A stretch of 64,000 nt of DNA from an uncultured Gemmatimonadales bacterium (GTDB lineage: Bacteria > Gemmatimonadota > Gemmatimonadetes > Longimicrobiales > Gaopeijiaceae). The stretch is from positions 1-64,000 of the forward strand of contig CAWGKG010000019.1 of assembly GCA_963823035.1 (NCBI GenBank), given 5' to 3'. Shown in pieces: positions 1 to 10,744 of the stretch. Each line of letters starts with the position of its first letter. The first letter of the stretch is position 1. Under the pieces are notes generated by a model, which did not search any database, had not been told where the DNA came from, and worked only from the letters and a program-made list of their open reading frames with translations. The translations under genes were made by a program, and so were the position numbers.

Positions 1-84
1 CGTTGCCTTAGATTGTCTTGCCTGCCGCTCATTCCGGGATCCCCCACCCGCTGGCTCTCGGGGCCCAACCTCAGAGGCGCGCCT

Positions 85-888
85 TTGGTGGTCTATGTGG
101 TGTCCGACGCCCTCGGCGAGACCGCCGAAGCCGTAGCCCGGGCAGGGGTGAGCCAGTTCGCCGACGGCAACGTCGAGTTCGTCCGGGTAGCCTACGCAAA
201 CGATCGGGCCGCGGTGCTGCAGGCCCTGAACGACGCGAAGGCGCGCAACGGGGTCATGGTCTTCACCCTCGTCGACCCGGAACTCCGCTCCTTCGTCCGG
301 GTCGAGGCCGAGCGTCTCGACCTGGCGACCGTGGACGTCCTCGGCCCGGTACTCGATGCGTTCAGCCGGGTTGCGCCCGGGCCGCCGCGCCTGACGCCAG
401 GGCTCAGCCACAAGCTCGATGCCGAGTACTTCCGCCGCGTGGAGGCGGTCGAATTCGCCGTCAAGTACGACGACGGGAAGAACCCCTCCGGCATGGCCAT
501 CGCCGATGTCGTTCTCGTCGGCGTCTCGCGCAGCTCGAAGACGCCCGTCTCGATGTATCTTGCGCAGAAGGGATACAAGGTGGCGAACGTGCCGCTCGTC
601 CCGGAGCTGGAGCCGCCGGAGGAGCTCGAGCAGGTTCCGGCGGGTCGCGTCATCGGATTCACGGCCCGGGCGGAGAAGCTGAAGCGAATCCGCCTGGAAC
701 GCGTGCGTGCGCTCGACCTCGACCCGGATTCGAGCTACGCCGAAGCGTCCCGGATCGCCGAGGAGCTGCGATTCGCCAACCGGGTGTTCCAACGCCTCGG
801 TTGCCCGGTGATCGACGTGTCGTACAAGGCCGTGGAGGAGTCCGCCCGGGAGGTCATCGAGCTCCTGCACCTCAAGGGAGGGTCGTGA
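85..888 (+). CDS. Pyruvate phosphate dikinase regulatory protein (kinase/pyrophosphorylase, DUF299/PDRP)
   Basis: Motifs VVSDALGETAE, YFRRVEAVEFAVKYDDG, LVGVSRSSKTPVSMYLA, KVANVPLVP, KAVEESA. Stop overlaps the ppdK ATG. Start placed at TTG85/GTG88 after AGAGG. Confidence 0.92.
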   Translation: MVVYVVSDALGETAEAVARAGVSQFADGNVEFVRVAYANDRAAVLQALNDAKARNGVMVFTLVDPELRSFVRVEAERLDLATVDVLGPVLDAFSRVAPGPPRLTPGLSHKLDAEYFRRVEAVEFAVKYDDGKNPSGMAIADVVLVGVSRSSKTPVSMYLAQKGYKVANVPLVPELEPPEELEQVPAGRVIGFTARAEKLKRIRLERVRALDLDPDSSYAEASRIAEELRFANRVFQRLGCPVIDVSYKAVEESAREVIELLHLKGGS

Positions 889-3553
889 TGGACGACCGAA
901 GGTGGATCTACACGTTCGAGGAGGGTCGGGGCGACATGCGCGAGATCCTGGGCGGGAAGGGATCGGCGCTCGCCGAGATGACCTCCATCGATCTCCCTGT
1001 GCCGCCAGGGTTCACGATCACCACGACCGCGTGCGTCGAATACACGAGGGAGGGAGCGCCCTTCCTGGAGCGCCTGCGCGATCCGATCGGGGAGGCGGTG
1101 GCCCACCTCGAGCAGGAAGATGGGAAGACGGCTCGGGGACGACAGCGATCCCCTGCTCGTGTCCGTGCGCTCGGGGGCGGCCGTCTCCATGCCGGGCATG
1201 ATGGACACCGTCCTCAACCTGGGCCTGAACGATGCGTCGGTGCAGGGACTGGCGGCCACCACCGGGGATCCACGTTTCGCCTACGACTCCTATCAGGCGC
1301 TTCATCCAGATGTTCGGCAACGTCGTGCTCGGAATCTCCCACGACGAGTTCGAAGAGGTCCTCGAGAAGCACAAGCACCGACATCGGGCACGGCTCGACA
1401 CGGACCTCGACGTGGCCGCCCTGCAAGACGTGGTTCACGACTACGAGGATGTCGTCCAACGCCTGTCGTCCGCCGCGTTTCCGCAGGATCCCGGCGAGCA
1501 GTTGATGCGTGCCGTCGGTGCCGTGTTCGACTCCTGGGACAACGAGCGGGCCGTCGTCTACCGGCGCATCAACAGGATCCCCGACAGCATCGGAACCGCG
1601 GTGACCGTGCAGGCCATGGTGTTCGGGAACCGCGGGCCCACGTCCGGCACGGGCGTCGTATTCACCCGTAACCCCAACACGGGGGAGCGGGCACTGTACG
1701 GCGAGTATCTCTCCAACGCCCAGGGAGAGGACGTCGTGGCGGGCATTCGAACACCCCTCCCCGTCGACGCGCTCGAGGACCGGCAACCGGAGATCTACCA
1801 GCAACTCGTGGACACCTGCGAGCGCCTCGAGCGGCACTACGGAGACATGCAGGATATCGAGTTCACGGTTCAGGAAGGCGAGCTGTTCCTGCTCCAGACA
1901 CGGGGAGGCAAGCGCGGCGCGCGGGCGTCCGTGCGGGTGGCCCACGACATGGCGGGAGAGGGCGTCATCACGCGTGAGGAAGCGGTCCTGCGCGTCGACG
2001 CCCAGGACGTCGAGCGCCTGCTGCATCGCAACGTCGACCGGAATGCCCCCAAGACCCTCCTCGCCAAGGGACTCCCGGCCTCACCCGGGGCCGCCACGGG
2101 TGAGGTCGTCTTCGATGCCGATACCGCCGCGCGCCTGGGAGGCGAGGGGAGGAGTGTCATCCTCGTACGGCGTCAGACCACGCCCGACGACATCCATGGC
2201 ATCGTCAAGGCGCAGGGCGTGGTCACGAGCCGGGGTGGCATGACGTGCCACGCCGCGATCGTCGCGCGAGGGATGGGCAAGCCGTGCATCGTAGGCTGCG
2301 AAGGACTGGCCATCGACGTGAAGGCCCGGACCTTCCAGGCCGGTGACCACGTGGTGCGGGAGGGAGACATCGTCACGTTCGACGGTGCGCTGGGGGAGAT
2401 CTACGCCGGGGAGGTACCCACCATCGAGCCGGAGATGTTGCCGGAGTTCCTGACGCTCATGACGTGGGCCGACGGATTTCGGACGATGGGCGTGCACGCG
2501 AACGCGGACACCCCGGAGGACGCACGCCGCTCGAGGGAGCTGGGCGCCGAAGGGATCGGGCTTTGCCGCACCGAGCACATGTTCATGGCTCAGGACCGGC
2601 TCCCGGTGGTGCGGCGCATGATCCTGGCCGATTCCGAGTCCGAGCGGATCGCGGCACTCCGGGAGCTCCAGCCGATGCAGGAGGAGGACTTCGAGGGCAT
2701 CCTGGAGGCGATGGCGGGCTACCCGGTGACCATCCGACTCCTCGACCCCCCCTTGCACGAGTTCCTGCCCGACACGCGGGAGATCGAGGCCCGGGTCGCG
2801 GAGCTGCGGGCGCAGGGGGACGCGGGGACGGAGTTGTCCGACGCGGAGCATCTCCTCGGGAAGGTGCGGTCCCTCGGGGAATCCAACCCGATGCTCGGGC
2901 ACAGGGGGGTCCGCATCGGAATCACCATGCCGGCGATCTACCGTATGCAGGCCCGGGCGGTGTTCCGGAGCGCAGCGAAGCTCCTCCAGCGCGGGGTCGA
3001 CGTTCATCCGGAAGTCATGATCCCACTCGTCGGTCACGTGGAAGAGCTCGCCCGCGTGCGACGGTTGGTGGAGGAGACGGCGCGGGCGGTGGAGGCCGAA
3101 ACGGGCGTGACCATCCCGCACAAGATCGGAACGATGATCGAGATCCCGCGCGCGGCCCTCACCGCGGGCGCCATCGCTTCTGAAGCCGAGTTCTTCTCGT
3201 TCGGCACCAACGACTTGACCCAGACCACGTTCGGCTTCTCACGAGACGACGCGGAAGCGAAGTTCCTCCAATTCTACCTGGAGGAGAAGATCCTGCCCGA
3301 GAACCCCTTCGCCGTCATCGATGTGGACGGGGTGGGGCAGCTCGTGCGGATGGCCGTGGAGAACGGGCGGAAGGCGAGGCCGGAGATCGTCGTGGGCATC
3401 TGCGGCGAGCACGGTGGCGATCCGCAGTCGATCGCCTTCTTCCAGTCCGCGGGACTCGACTACGTGAGCTGTTCTCCGTTCCGGGTTCCGATCGCGCGCC
3501 TGGCCGCGGCACAGGCGGCCCTGCGCTCCACCGACGAGCACGCCCGGACCTGA
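888..3553 (+). CDS. ppdK: Pyruvate, phosphate dikinase (two frameshifts near 1118 and 1295)
   Basis: Three frames give [44 protein letters not shown], and [14 protein letters not shown] / [13 protein letters not shown] (phospho-His) / [11 protein letters not shown] / [11 protein letters not shown] / [10 protein letters not shown]. Confidence 0.95.
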
Positions 3554-3581
3554 TGCGGATCGGTTCGGGGCGCGCTCGCCT

Positions 3582-5171
3582 TCAGATCCGCTCCGGCGCG
3601 TGCCCCCCTGCCTCCCAGGCCACGCCGTAGAGATCGTCCCTGCGGTCGTTCCACGGCTGGACGGTTCCCGAATACCGATGGCGCCTGAGGAGCTCCAGGT
3701 CCACGTCCGCCATGACCAGCGTCTCGATGTTGGGCGTGCACTCCGCGGCGATCCCGTCCCTGGCGAACGAGAAATCCAGGGGCGTGAAGATGCCGGACTG
3801 GGCGTAGTGCACGTCCGCGTTGGCGACGAAGGGCAGGTTGCCCGTGCACCCCGAGAGGACCACGAAGGCGTCGTTCTCCACCGCCCTCGCAACCGCGCAG
3901 TAGCGGGTCCGCAGGTAGCTCGTGCGGTCGTCGGCGCTGAAGGGCACGAAGAGGATCTGCGCCCCGCGAGCCGCGGCGATGCGGGAGAGCTCCGGGAAGC
4001 TCACGTCGTACGACGGCAGGATCGCGATCCTGCCCCGATCCGTTTCGAAGACCTGGAACTCGTCGCCGGCCTCCAGACCCCACCATCGCTGCTCGTCGGC
4101 GGTCACGTGGAGCTTGGGTTGCCGCTCGATGGTGCCGTCCCTGCGGAAGAGATACGCCACGTTGAAAAGGCGGCCGCCCTCCAACGTGAACTGCGTTCCG
4201 CCGATGACGTTGATGTTGTACTTGACCGCCGCGCGGGTGAAGAAGTCCAGATACTCCGGAGTCCGCCCGGCCAGCTTCCGAACCGCGTCCGCGGGCCGTC
4301 GCTCGGTGTGGAGTCCCAGGAGCTGCATGGTGATGAGCTCGGGGAAGAGCACGAAGTCCGCCCTGTTGTCCGCCGCGGCGTCCATGAAGTAGGAGCACTG
4401 GGTGCAGAACTCCTCCCAGCTGGCGATGGGACGGAGTTGGTACTGGACGGCGCACAGCCGCACCACCGAGACCCGATGCCACCGTTTCTGCGGGTCCCGG
4501 ACGTAGTCGAGGTTGGTCCATTCCAGGTGGGTCGCGTACCCCCGCGATGCCTTGTCGGAGGGGAAGTAGTCGGGGATCAGCTCGCGGAGCACGAAGCCGT
4601 TGGCCACCTGGGTGGTGAGGACGGGATCGTATAGGCCGCGCTCGATCACCTTCTCCACGTAGGCGCGGGCCGTCATGTCCTCGGGTTGGCCGCCGAAACC
4701 GGGGATCCGACCTCCGATGACGATGCGGGCCAGGTTCAACTGCCGGCACAGTTCCTTGCGGGCGTCGTAGAGCCGGCGGGCCAGGTGGATGCCCCGGTAC
4801 TCCGGGTCTACCATGATCTCGATGCCATAGAGGGTGTCGCCGTCGTAGGTGTGGTTGCGGATGTATCCCGCGTCCGCGACCAGCTTCCAGTCGTGCCACT
4901 CCTCGTACCGATCGGCGTCCACCACGAGGGAATTGGACGAAGCGACCAGGCGTCGCTCGTACTCGATGCACAGCTGGCCCTCGGGGAACATCGCCAGTTG
5001 GCTTTCGATCTGGTCGCGTCCCCACGGGACCATCCCCGGGAAACACCGCTGCTGCATGGCCACGAGATCTTCGTAGTCCGCCAGCGTGAGCCGCCGGAGC
5101 TTGATCTTCTTCTCGAAGTCCTCGAGACGTAGCTTGGGATCCGCCCCCGCGCCGGCCTGTTTGTCACTCAT
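3582..5171 (-). CDS. Bifunctional GNAT acetyltransferase / carbon-nitrogen hydrolase (nitrilase-fold) protein
   Basis: N-terminal FPEGQLCIE, LYGIEIMVDPEYRG..LARRLYDARKELC, GGRIPG; C-terminal FVLFPEL, QPKLHVT, YDVSFPE, ARAVEND. Confidence 0.88.
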   Translation of the reverse strand: MSDKQAGAGADPKLRLEDFEKKIKLRRLTLADYEDLVAMQQRCFPGMVPWGRDQIESQLAMFPEGQLCIEYERRLVASSNSLVVDADRYEEWHDWKLVADAGYIRNHTYDGDTLYGIEIMVDPEYRGIHLARRLYDARKELCRQLNLARIVIGGRIPGFGGQPEDMTARAYVEKVIERGLYDPVLTTQVANGFVLRELIPDYFPSDKASRGYATHLEWTNLDYVRDPQKRWHRVSVVRLCAVQYQLRPIASWEEFCTQCSYFMDAAADNRADFVLFPELITMQLLGLHTERRPADAVRKLAGRTPEYLDFFTRAAVKYNINVIGGTQFTLEGGRLFNVAYLFRRDGTIERQPKLHVTADEQRWWGLEAGDEFQVFETDRGRIAILPSYDVSFPELSRIAAARGAQILFVPFSADDRTSYLRTRYCAVARAVENDAFVVLSGCTGNLPFVANADVHYAQSGIFTPLDFSFARDGIAAECTPNIETLVMADVDLELLRRHRYSGTVQPWNDRRDDLYGVAWEAGGHAPERI

Positions 5172-5203
5172 GGGTTGGTCTCGCTTCTCCAAGGACGGCG
5201 ACG

Positions 5204-6025
5204 ATGCTCATCGACTGCCACGTCCACCTGAACAACTACTACACCAAGAGTGGCGATAGCCGCCGGCCCACCGAAGAGAACGTCGAGAGGCTATGGGACG
5301 CCATGGCCGCCAACGGGGTGGACCATGCCGTGGTCCTCACCTCGTACAAGGTGGACGTGGATCGACCCTCGGTGGAGCACATCCTGGAGATCCTCGCCGA
5401 GGACCCGAGAACGACCGTGATCGAAGGGCTCCGATGGCGCAGCAAGGCCCGCACGGACCTCTTCCACATGGAAGAACGCATCCGGGACGGGTTGGTGAAG
5501 GGCATCAAGCTCTACCCCGGATACGACCTGTACTCCATCGACGACCCCTCCCTGGAGGCGGTCTTCAGGATCGCCGAGAAGCATGGCGTCCCGGTGATGA
5601 TCCACTGCGGTGACACCTACGCCAAGGGTGCCAAGGTCAGACAGGCCCACCCGCTGCTCGTGGACGACGTCGCGGTCGACTATCCGGAGGTGCGTTTCGT
5701 CATCTGCCACCTCGGGAACCCCTGGTTCCAGGACACCGCCGAGGTGCTGTACAAGAACGACAACGTCTTCGCGGACATCTCGGGACTCACGCTCGGGAAT
5801 TTCGACTACGAGTTCGAGCGCTACCTCGTGACCCGGGTCAGGGACATGATCGCATACATGGGAGACCCCGGTCGTCAGATCATGTACGGCAGCGACTGGC
5901 CCCTGGTCGAGATGGCGCCCTACGTGAAGTTCCTGCAGGGATTGGAATTCCCCGAGGGCGCCCGGGAGAACATCGCCTGGAAGACCGCGGCCGAACTGTT
6001 CAAGATCGACGTGTCCAGGCTCTAG
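5204..6025 (+). CDS. Amidohydrolase family (Amidohydro_2) metal-dependent hydrolase
   Basis: IDCHVH, GIKLYPGY, PVMIHCG, ICHLGNPW, ADISG, MYGSDWP. Confidence 0.88.
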   Translation: MLIDCHVHLNNYYTKSGDSRRPTEENVERLWDAMAANGVDHAVVLTSYKVDVDRPSVEHILEILAEDPRTTVIEGLRWRSKARTDLFHMEERIRDGLVKGIKLYPGYDLYSIDDPSLEAVFRIAEKHGVPVMIHCGDTYAKGAKVRQAHPLLVDDVAVDYPEVRFVICHLGNPWFQDTAEVLYKNDNVFADISGLTLGNFDYEFERYLVTRVRDMIAYMGDPGRQIMYGSDWPLVEMAPYVKFLQGLEFPEGARENIAWKTAAELFKIDVSRL

Positions 6026-7470
6026 GTCGCGGGCCTTCCCGCCAGCCGGGTGACGAGGATCTTCCAGTGCTCCAGGCCGGCGTAGAAGTTCCGGACCTCG
6101 ACCCGCTCGTTCAGCCCGTGGGCGAACTGGTCCTTGTCCCGCATGAACATCCCCGCCACGCCATACGTGGGTATCCCCGCGGCCCGGTACTCCTTGCCGT
6201 CGGTCCCGTAGGAGGCTTGGGCCGGGATCACGTCGATGCCGGGAACGCGCGTCTGCACCGCCGCGGCCACGGCCTGCATGATGTCCGTCCGGACGGGCGA
6301 CGCCGGGCTGGCCTGGGGGTCGTCGAGGACCTCGATCCGTAGCTTCGGCACCGCCGCCACGGAGTCGAGGGTCGCCTGGACGTCGGCCACCGAGACCCCG
6401 GGGAAGATCCGGCAGTTGACCGTGGCGGTCGCGGACTGGGGCAGGGCGTTCTCCGCATGGCCGGCGCGGAGCATGGTGGCGATGCACGTGGTGCGCGTGA
6501 TGCCCACCTCCTCGGGCTCGTGCCAGAGCACCTCCGCAGCATGTTCATCCGCGGGATTGTCGGCCAGGGCGGTCATGGCCTTGCCGACCTCGCCGGGCCT
6601 GACCTTCGCCATCGCCCGGAAGTAGGCGCGTGTGACGTCGTTCACCATCACGGGAAAGCGATACGCCTCGATGTTCTTCAGCGCCGTGGCCAGCTCGTAG
6701 ATGGCGTTGTCGTCCCGTGGTGTCGAGCTGTGGCCGCCGGGGTTGGTGACGGTGAGCTCGAAGGTCGCATAGGTCTTCTCGGAGGCCTGGACCACGTACA
6801 GGAGGGGCTTCCCCTCGGGGTCCATGGCTCCCCCGCCGCCATCGGAGTTGAGGGCGAACTCGGCATCGGTCAGGTCGCGATGCGTGGTCACCATCTCCCG
6901 TGCCGAGATCATGCCCGTTTCTTCGTCACCGGTGAACGCGATGATGAGGTCACGCGTGGGGACGAAGCCCTCGGCCTTCAGGCGCAGGAAGGTGGTCGTC
7001 AACATGGTGACGCCCATCTTGTTGTCGGACGTTCCCCGCCCGAAGAAGTATCCGTCTTCCTCGACCGGCGTGAACGGATCGCGCTCCCAGTCCTTGGCGA
7101 GGGCGTCCACCACGTCCATGTGACCCACGAGGAGGATGGGCTTCTTCCCCGACGAGCCGTCGCCGCGGTAGCGCACCACCAGGCCGGCCGACTCCTCGCC
7201 GTTGCCCTTCGTGAAGGGGAGGATGTGGATGTCCTCGGGCGGGAAGCCCCCTTGCCGGAACTGGTCGGCCAGGTAGCGAGCCACCTCGGGGACCTTCCCC
7301 TGCCCCTCGGCGCTCCGGATGCCGACGATGTGCCGGAAGATCTCCAGCGCCTTCTGCTGATACGGTGCGGTGTATTCCGCGCTGGAGTCCTGGGCGGCGA
7401 CGGGAACGTGGACGGTCGCGGTCGCCACGGCGGTGGCCAGGGCGACGGTGAGGAGCGGGTACGTGCGCAT
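6022..7470 (-). CDS. Secreted M20/M25/M40 family metallopeptidase
   Basis: Signal peptide; LLVGHMDVV, GRGTSDNK, TGDEETG, GGHSS, HGLNER. Confidence 0.9.
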   Translation of the reverse strand: MRTYPLLTVALATAVATATVHVPVAAQDSSAEYTAPYQQKALEIFRHIVGIRSAEGQGKVPEVARYLADQFRQGGFPPEDIHILPFTKGNGEESAGLVVRYRGDGSSGKKPILLVGHMDVVDALAKDWERDPFTPVEEDGYFFGRGTSDNKMGVTMLTTTFLRLKAEGFVPTRDLIIAFTGDEETGMISAREMVTTHRDLTDAEFALNSDGGGGAMDPEGKPLLYVVQASEKTYATFELTVTNPGGHSSTPRDDNAIYELATALKNIEAYRFPVMVNDVTRAYFRAMAKVRPGEVGKAMTALADNPADEHAAEVLWHEPEEVGITRTTCIATMLRAGHAENALPQSATATVNCRIFPGVSVADVQATLDSVAAVPKLRIEVLDDPQASPASPVRTDIMQAVAAAVQTRVPGIDVIPAQASYGTDGKEYRAAGIPTYGVAGMFMRDKDQFAHGLNERVEVRNFYAGLEHWKILVTRLAGRPAT

Positions 7471-7602
7471 GGGGTCCTGGGGTGGGGAGGTGCCCTCGGG
7501 GCAGGCAACAGTCTACCACGGGCTGCCGGCGAAGGCCACGACGGAGGCGCAACGAGACGGGTCCGGCGTGCGCCCCGCCGAGCGGCAGGGGCCGTCCCGC
7601 AC

Positions 7603-7944
7603 CTATCCTGCCGTGCCCTCCTCCGGCAGTCCCTCCCACAGAACGTCGCGCAGGCGTCTGGCCAGGAACACGGCCTCTCTGCCGGCCGGTGTGAACTCGA
7701 AGTAGCGGCGTGGATGGCCACCCCGATGCGGATCCGGGTCCGCCAGGCGCGACGTCACCAGCCCCTTGTCCTCCATGCGATCGAGGGTCGAATAGACGGC
7801 GCCGATGGACACGTCGTGCCCCGCCCGCTCGAGGAGCTCGCGCCTGACCTTCATCCCGTATGCGTCCGGGCCGCAGTGGGCCAGCGCCAGGAGCACGAGC
7901 TCCTCGAGGGGGCCCAGGAGCCCTCCCCCGCCGGTGGCGCTCAC
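7603..7944 (-). CDS. PadR family transcriptional regulator
   Basis: LGPLEELVLLAL..DAYG..VSIGAVYSTLDRMEDKGLV..RGGHPRRYFEFT; the GTG start overlaps the permease TGA. Confidence 0.9.
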   Translation of the reverse strand: MSATGGGGLLGPLEELVLLALAHCGPDAYGMKVRRELLERAGHDVSIGAVYSTLDRMEDKGLVTSRLADPDPHRGGHPRRYFEFTPAGREAVFLARRLRDVLWEGLPEEGTAG

Positions 7945-10559
7945 TCTTCCCTCAGCGAAACCACGGGGTCGACCCGGCCGGCACGCACGGCCGGGACGAA
8001 GGCGGAGATCGCGCCGGCCGCCGCCAGCACTGCTGCTGCTGCGCCGAACGCGACCGGATCGTGAGGCCCGACCTGGTAGAGCAGGGGCGCCAGGCTCCTT
8101 GCTCCCAGTAGGGAGAGCAGGACGCCACCCACTACACCCAGGCCCACCAATCCGAGTCCGCGCGCCAGGATCATGCCCACCATGCGCGTGGGCTGCTGTC
8201 CCAATGCCATCCTCACCCCCCATTCCCCGGTCCGCCTCTGCACATGGTCGGAGACCACCCCATACACGCCGATGCTCCCAAGGGTCAGTGCCAGGGCACC
8301 GAGGATCGAAAGCAGGAACACGAGATCCTCGACCCGGCCGCGGGCGTCCCGGGCGACGGCCTCCATCCGCTCGACGCGTCCGATGGCGATGCGCGGATCG
8401 ACATCGTGGATCGCGGCGCGCGCGTCCTCGACGATCCGGCCCCGGTCGGTGCCGGCACGGACCACCAGCGTGTTTCCCTCGGGGACGACGCCCGCCTGTC
8501 GGTAGAGCTGATATCGGGCGCCCACCCCCGCGTCCGTGAGACCGTACACGCGCACGTCCGCGACGACGCCCACCACCGTAGCCCACGTCGATCCGAACCC
8601 CGACGTGACACGCTTGCCGACGGCCGACTCCCCCGGCCACAGGTCCCGGGCCAGGGTCTGGTTCACCACCACCACCGGGGCGGACTCGGGCAGGTCGGTG
8701 GGTGCGGTGGCCCGTCCCTCGACCACGCGGATCCCCATGGCCTGGAGATACCCCGGCGTGACGACGCGGAACGCCGAAGTGAACCGCTCCGCCGGGCGGT
8801 CCTCGACCCGGAAGCCCGTGGTCCAACCGTTCCCCCGCAGAGGGAGCTTCTGGATCGCCCCCACCGAGGCGACGCCCGGCACGGCCTCGATCCGCTCCAC
8901 GAGGGCGTCCAGGGCGCGCCTGCGTTCGGAGATGTCCATCTCGCCCGCACCCATGACGACGTCGAGGGCCAACACCCCGGATGCATCGAAGCCCGTGTCG
9001 ATGGCGGCCAGGGCCCTGACGCTTCTGATGAGGAGGCCGGCGCCCGTGACCAGGAAGACCGCCAGCGTGACCTCCACGACCACCAGGCCCGAGGCCAACC
9101 TCCCGCGCCCGGCCGTTCCGGTTCCGCGGGCGGTGGAGAGGGCGCGTCCCAGCCTCCCCCGCAGGATCGACGTCGCCGGCACTGCGCCCACGCCGAGGCC
9201 AACGGCCGAGGCGATGAGGAACGCGAAGCCGAAGATCTCCACACCCGCCACCGGCGGAGCCCCGGCGGGCACCGGGAGCCAGGCGGTGAGCAGAGAAAAG
9301 CCGCTCGCCGCCAAGGCCGCCCCGGCGGCCGCGCCCAACGTCGCGACCAGCATCGACTCCAGGATCAACTGCCTCGCCACCGCGCCACGGCCCGCGCCCA
9401 GCGCCGTCCGGATGGACAGCTCCCGGAGGCGGCCGGAGGTTCGCACCGCCGTGAGGGCGGCCACGTTGGCGCACGCCACCAGCAGGATGAGGATCATGGC
9501 GCCCCCTGCGAGAAGGATGCTGGGCCCGACATCCCCGCGGAGCGCGCTCCGCAGAGGTGTGAGCGCGGCCCGCCGCGTCCGGTCCCAGTCCGGGTTCTGG
9601 TACTGGAACGCGGCCCTCAGCTTCTCGGAGATGCGCGCGAGCTCCGGTGCCATCGTCTCCGGGTCACGACTTCCCGACACGCGGCCCACCAGCGCGAGCA
9701 TGCCGGCCCGATCGCCCGGGTCGAGCTCCAGGGGAACCCAGAGCTCCACCGAGGGATCGGGGAAGTAGAAGCCTTCCGGCATGACCCCCACGATGGTGCG
9801 CGACACCCCGTCGAGCGCGACGCGCTGTCCGAGGACGTCCGGCGCTCCGCCCATCTCGCGGACCCAGAACCCGTGGGTGACCACCGCGATGGGCTCGGCA
9901 CCGGCCGCGTCGTCACCGGCCCGGAACATCCTCCCGCGGGCCGGGGAGACGCCGAGGACGTCGAAGAGCTCGCTGGAGCCGCGGGCCGTGGTCACGACGC
10001 GCGCAGGCTCGTCGCCGGACCGGAGGGTGGACTCCTCCCCGCGCCAGGCGGCCACGTCGTCGAAGCCGTCGAAGCGACCTCGCAGGTCGGTGAACTCGGC
10101 CGCGGACCAGCTCCCCCGATCCCAGAAGGAGACGAGCTGGCGATCGTGTGGATAGGGTAGCGGTTCGAGGAGGGCCTGCTGCGCCACGCTGGCGATGGCG
10201 GCGGTCCCCCCGATTCCCAGGGCGAGCGTGACCACGGAGAGACCGGTGTGGAGCGGTCGGGCGGCGATCGTCCGCCAGGCGTGTCGCAACTCGACCGCCG
10301 CGGTTTCGAGGACGTTCATGGTCTTCTTCCCGTACGGTCGTGGGTGCGTTGCGAGGCGCAGGCGGCGCCGGCGCAGCGTCGGTGCGATGGAGGAGAGGAC
10401 CTGTCTCCAGTACCATGCGTCCGCCGACACCCGGCCGCGGGCCGGCAGGATCCAGCGGCCGTACTCCTCGCGGAGGTCTCCGAGGACGGCGCCTTGCTCG
10501 TCCGGAGGGAGGAGCCGACGGAGGATCGCCTCCGCGAGTCGCGGTGGGCGGGATATCAC
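7941..10559 (-). CDS. ADOP-type duplicated ABC permease (MacB/FtsX x2) with N-terminal prefix domain
   Basis: PPRLAEAILR..LGDLREEY prefix; TLALGIGGTAA; LLVACANVA; RELSIRTALGAGR; GVYGVVS..RTGEWGVRMALG; RVDPVVSLREE. GTG start after GAGGGGG. Confidence 0.9.
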   Translation of the reverse strand: MISRPPRLAEAILRRLLPPDEQGAVLGDLREEYGRWILPARGRVSADAWYWRQVLSSIAPTLRRRRLRLATHPRPYGKKTMNVLETAAVELRHAWRTIAARPLHTGLSVVTLALGIGGTAAIASVAQQALLEPLPYPHDRQLVSFWDRGSWSAAEFTDLRGRFDGFDDVAAWRGEESTLRSGDEPARVVTTARGSSELFDVLGVSPARGRMFRAGDDAAGAEPIAVVTHGFWVREMGGAPDVLGQRVALDGVSRTIVGVMPEGFYFPDPSVELWVPLELDPGDRAGMLALVGRVSGSRDPETMAPELARISEKLRAAFQYQNPDWDRTRRAALTPLRSALRGDVGPSILLAGGAMILILLVACANVAALTAVRTSGRLRELSIRTALGAGRGAVARQLILESMLVATLGAAAGAALAASGFSLLTAWLPVPAGAPPVAGVEIFGFAFLIASAVGLGVGAVPATSILRGRLGRALSTARGTGTAGRGRLASGLVVVEVTLAVFLVTGAGLLIRSVRALAAIDTGFDASGVLALDVVMGAGEMDISERRRALDALVERIEAVPGVASVGAIQKLPLRGNGWTTGFRVEDRPAERFTSAFRVVTPGYLQAMGIRVVEGRATAPTDLPESAPVVVVNQTLARDLWPGESAVGKRVTSGFGSTWATVVGVVADVRVYGLTDAGVGARYQLYRQAGVVPEGNTLVVRAGTDRGRIVEDARAAIHDVDPRIAIGRVERMEAVARDARGRVEDLVFLLSILGALALTLGSIGVYGVVSDHVQRRTGEWGVRMALGQQPTRMVGMILARGLGLVGLGVVGGVLLSLLGARSLAPLLYQVGPHDPVAFGAAAAVLAAAGAISAFVPAVRAGRVDPVVSLREE

Positions 10560-10577
10560 GACCCCCTCGGCGAGCGA

Positions 10578-10596
10578 TTGTGCATTGTAGAAATGC
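10578..10596 (-). promoter_or_regulatory. Candidate -10 element (TACAAT) with overlapping dyad, possible PadR operator
   Basis: AT-rich patch TTGTGCATTGTAGAAATGC containing GCATT-N5-AATGC; minus-strand TACAAT at 10589-10584, just upstream of the permease start. Confidence 0.45.
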
Positions 10597-10744
10597 TCAT
10601 GGAGGGTAGGACGGGCCCACGGGGCGTGCGGGTTGGAAGGGGCCGCCCTGAGCGGGTTCATTGACGCCTCGACGCTCCGCGATGTACTTGTCCCACCTGA
10701 CGCAGCGCCCGCCCCATCCCGTAGCTCCTACCGACGAGGCATCC

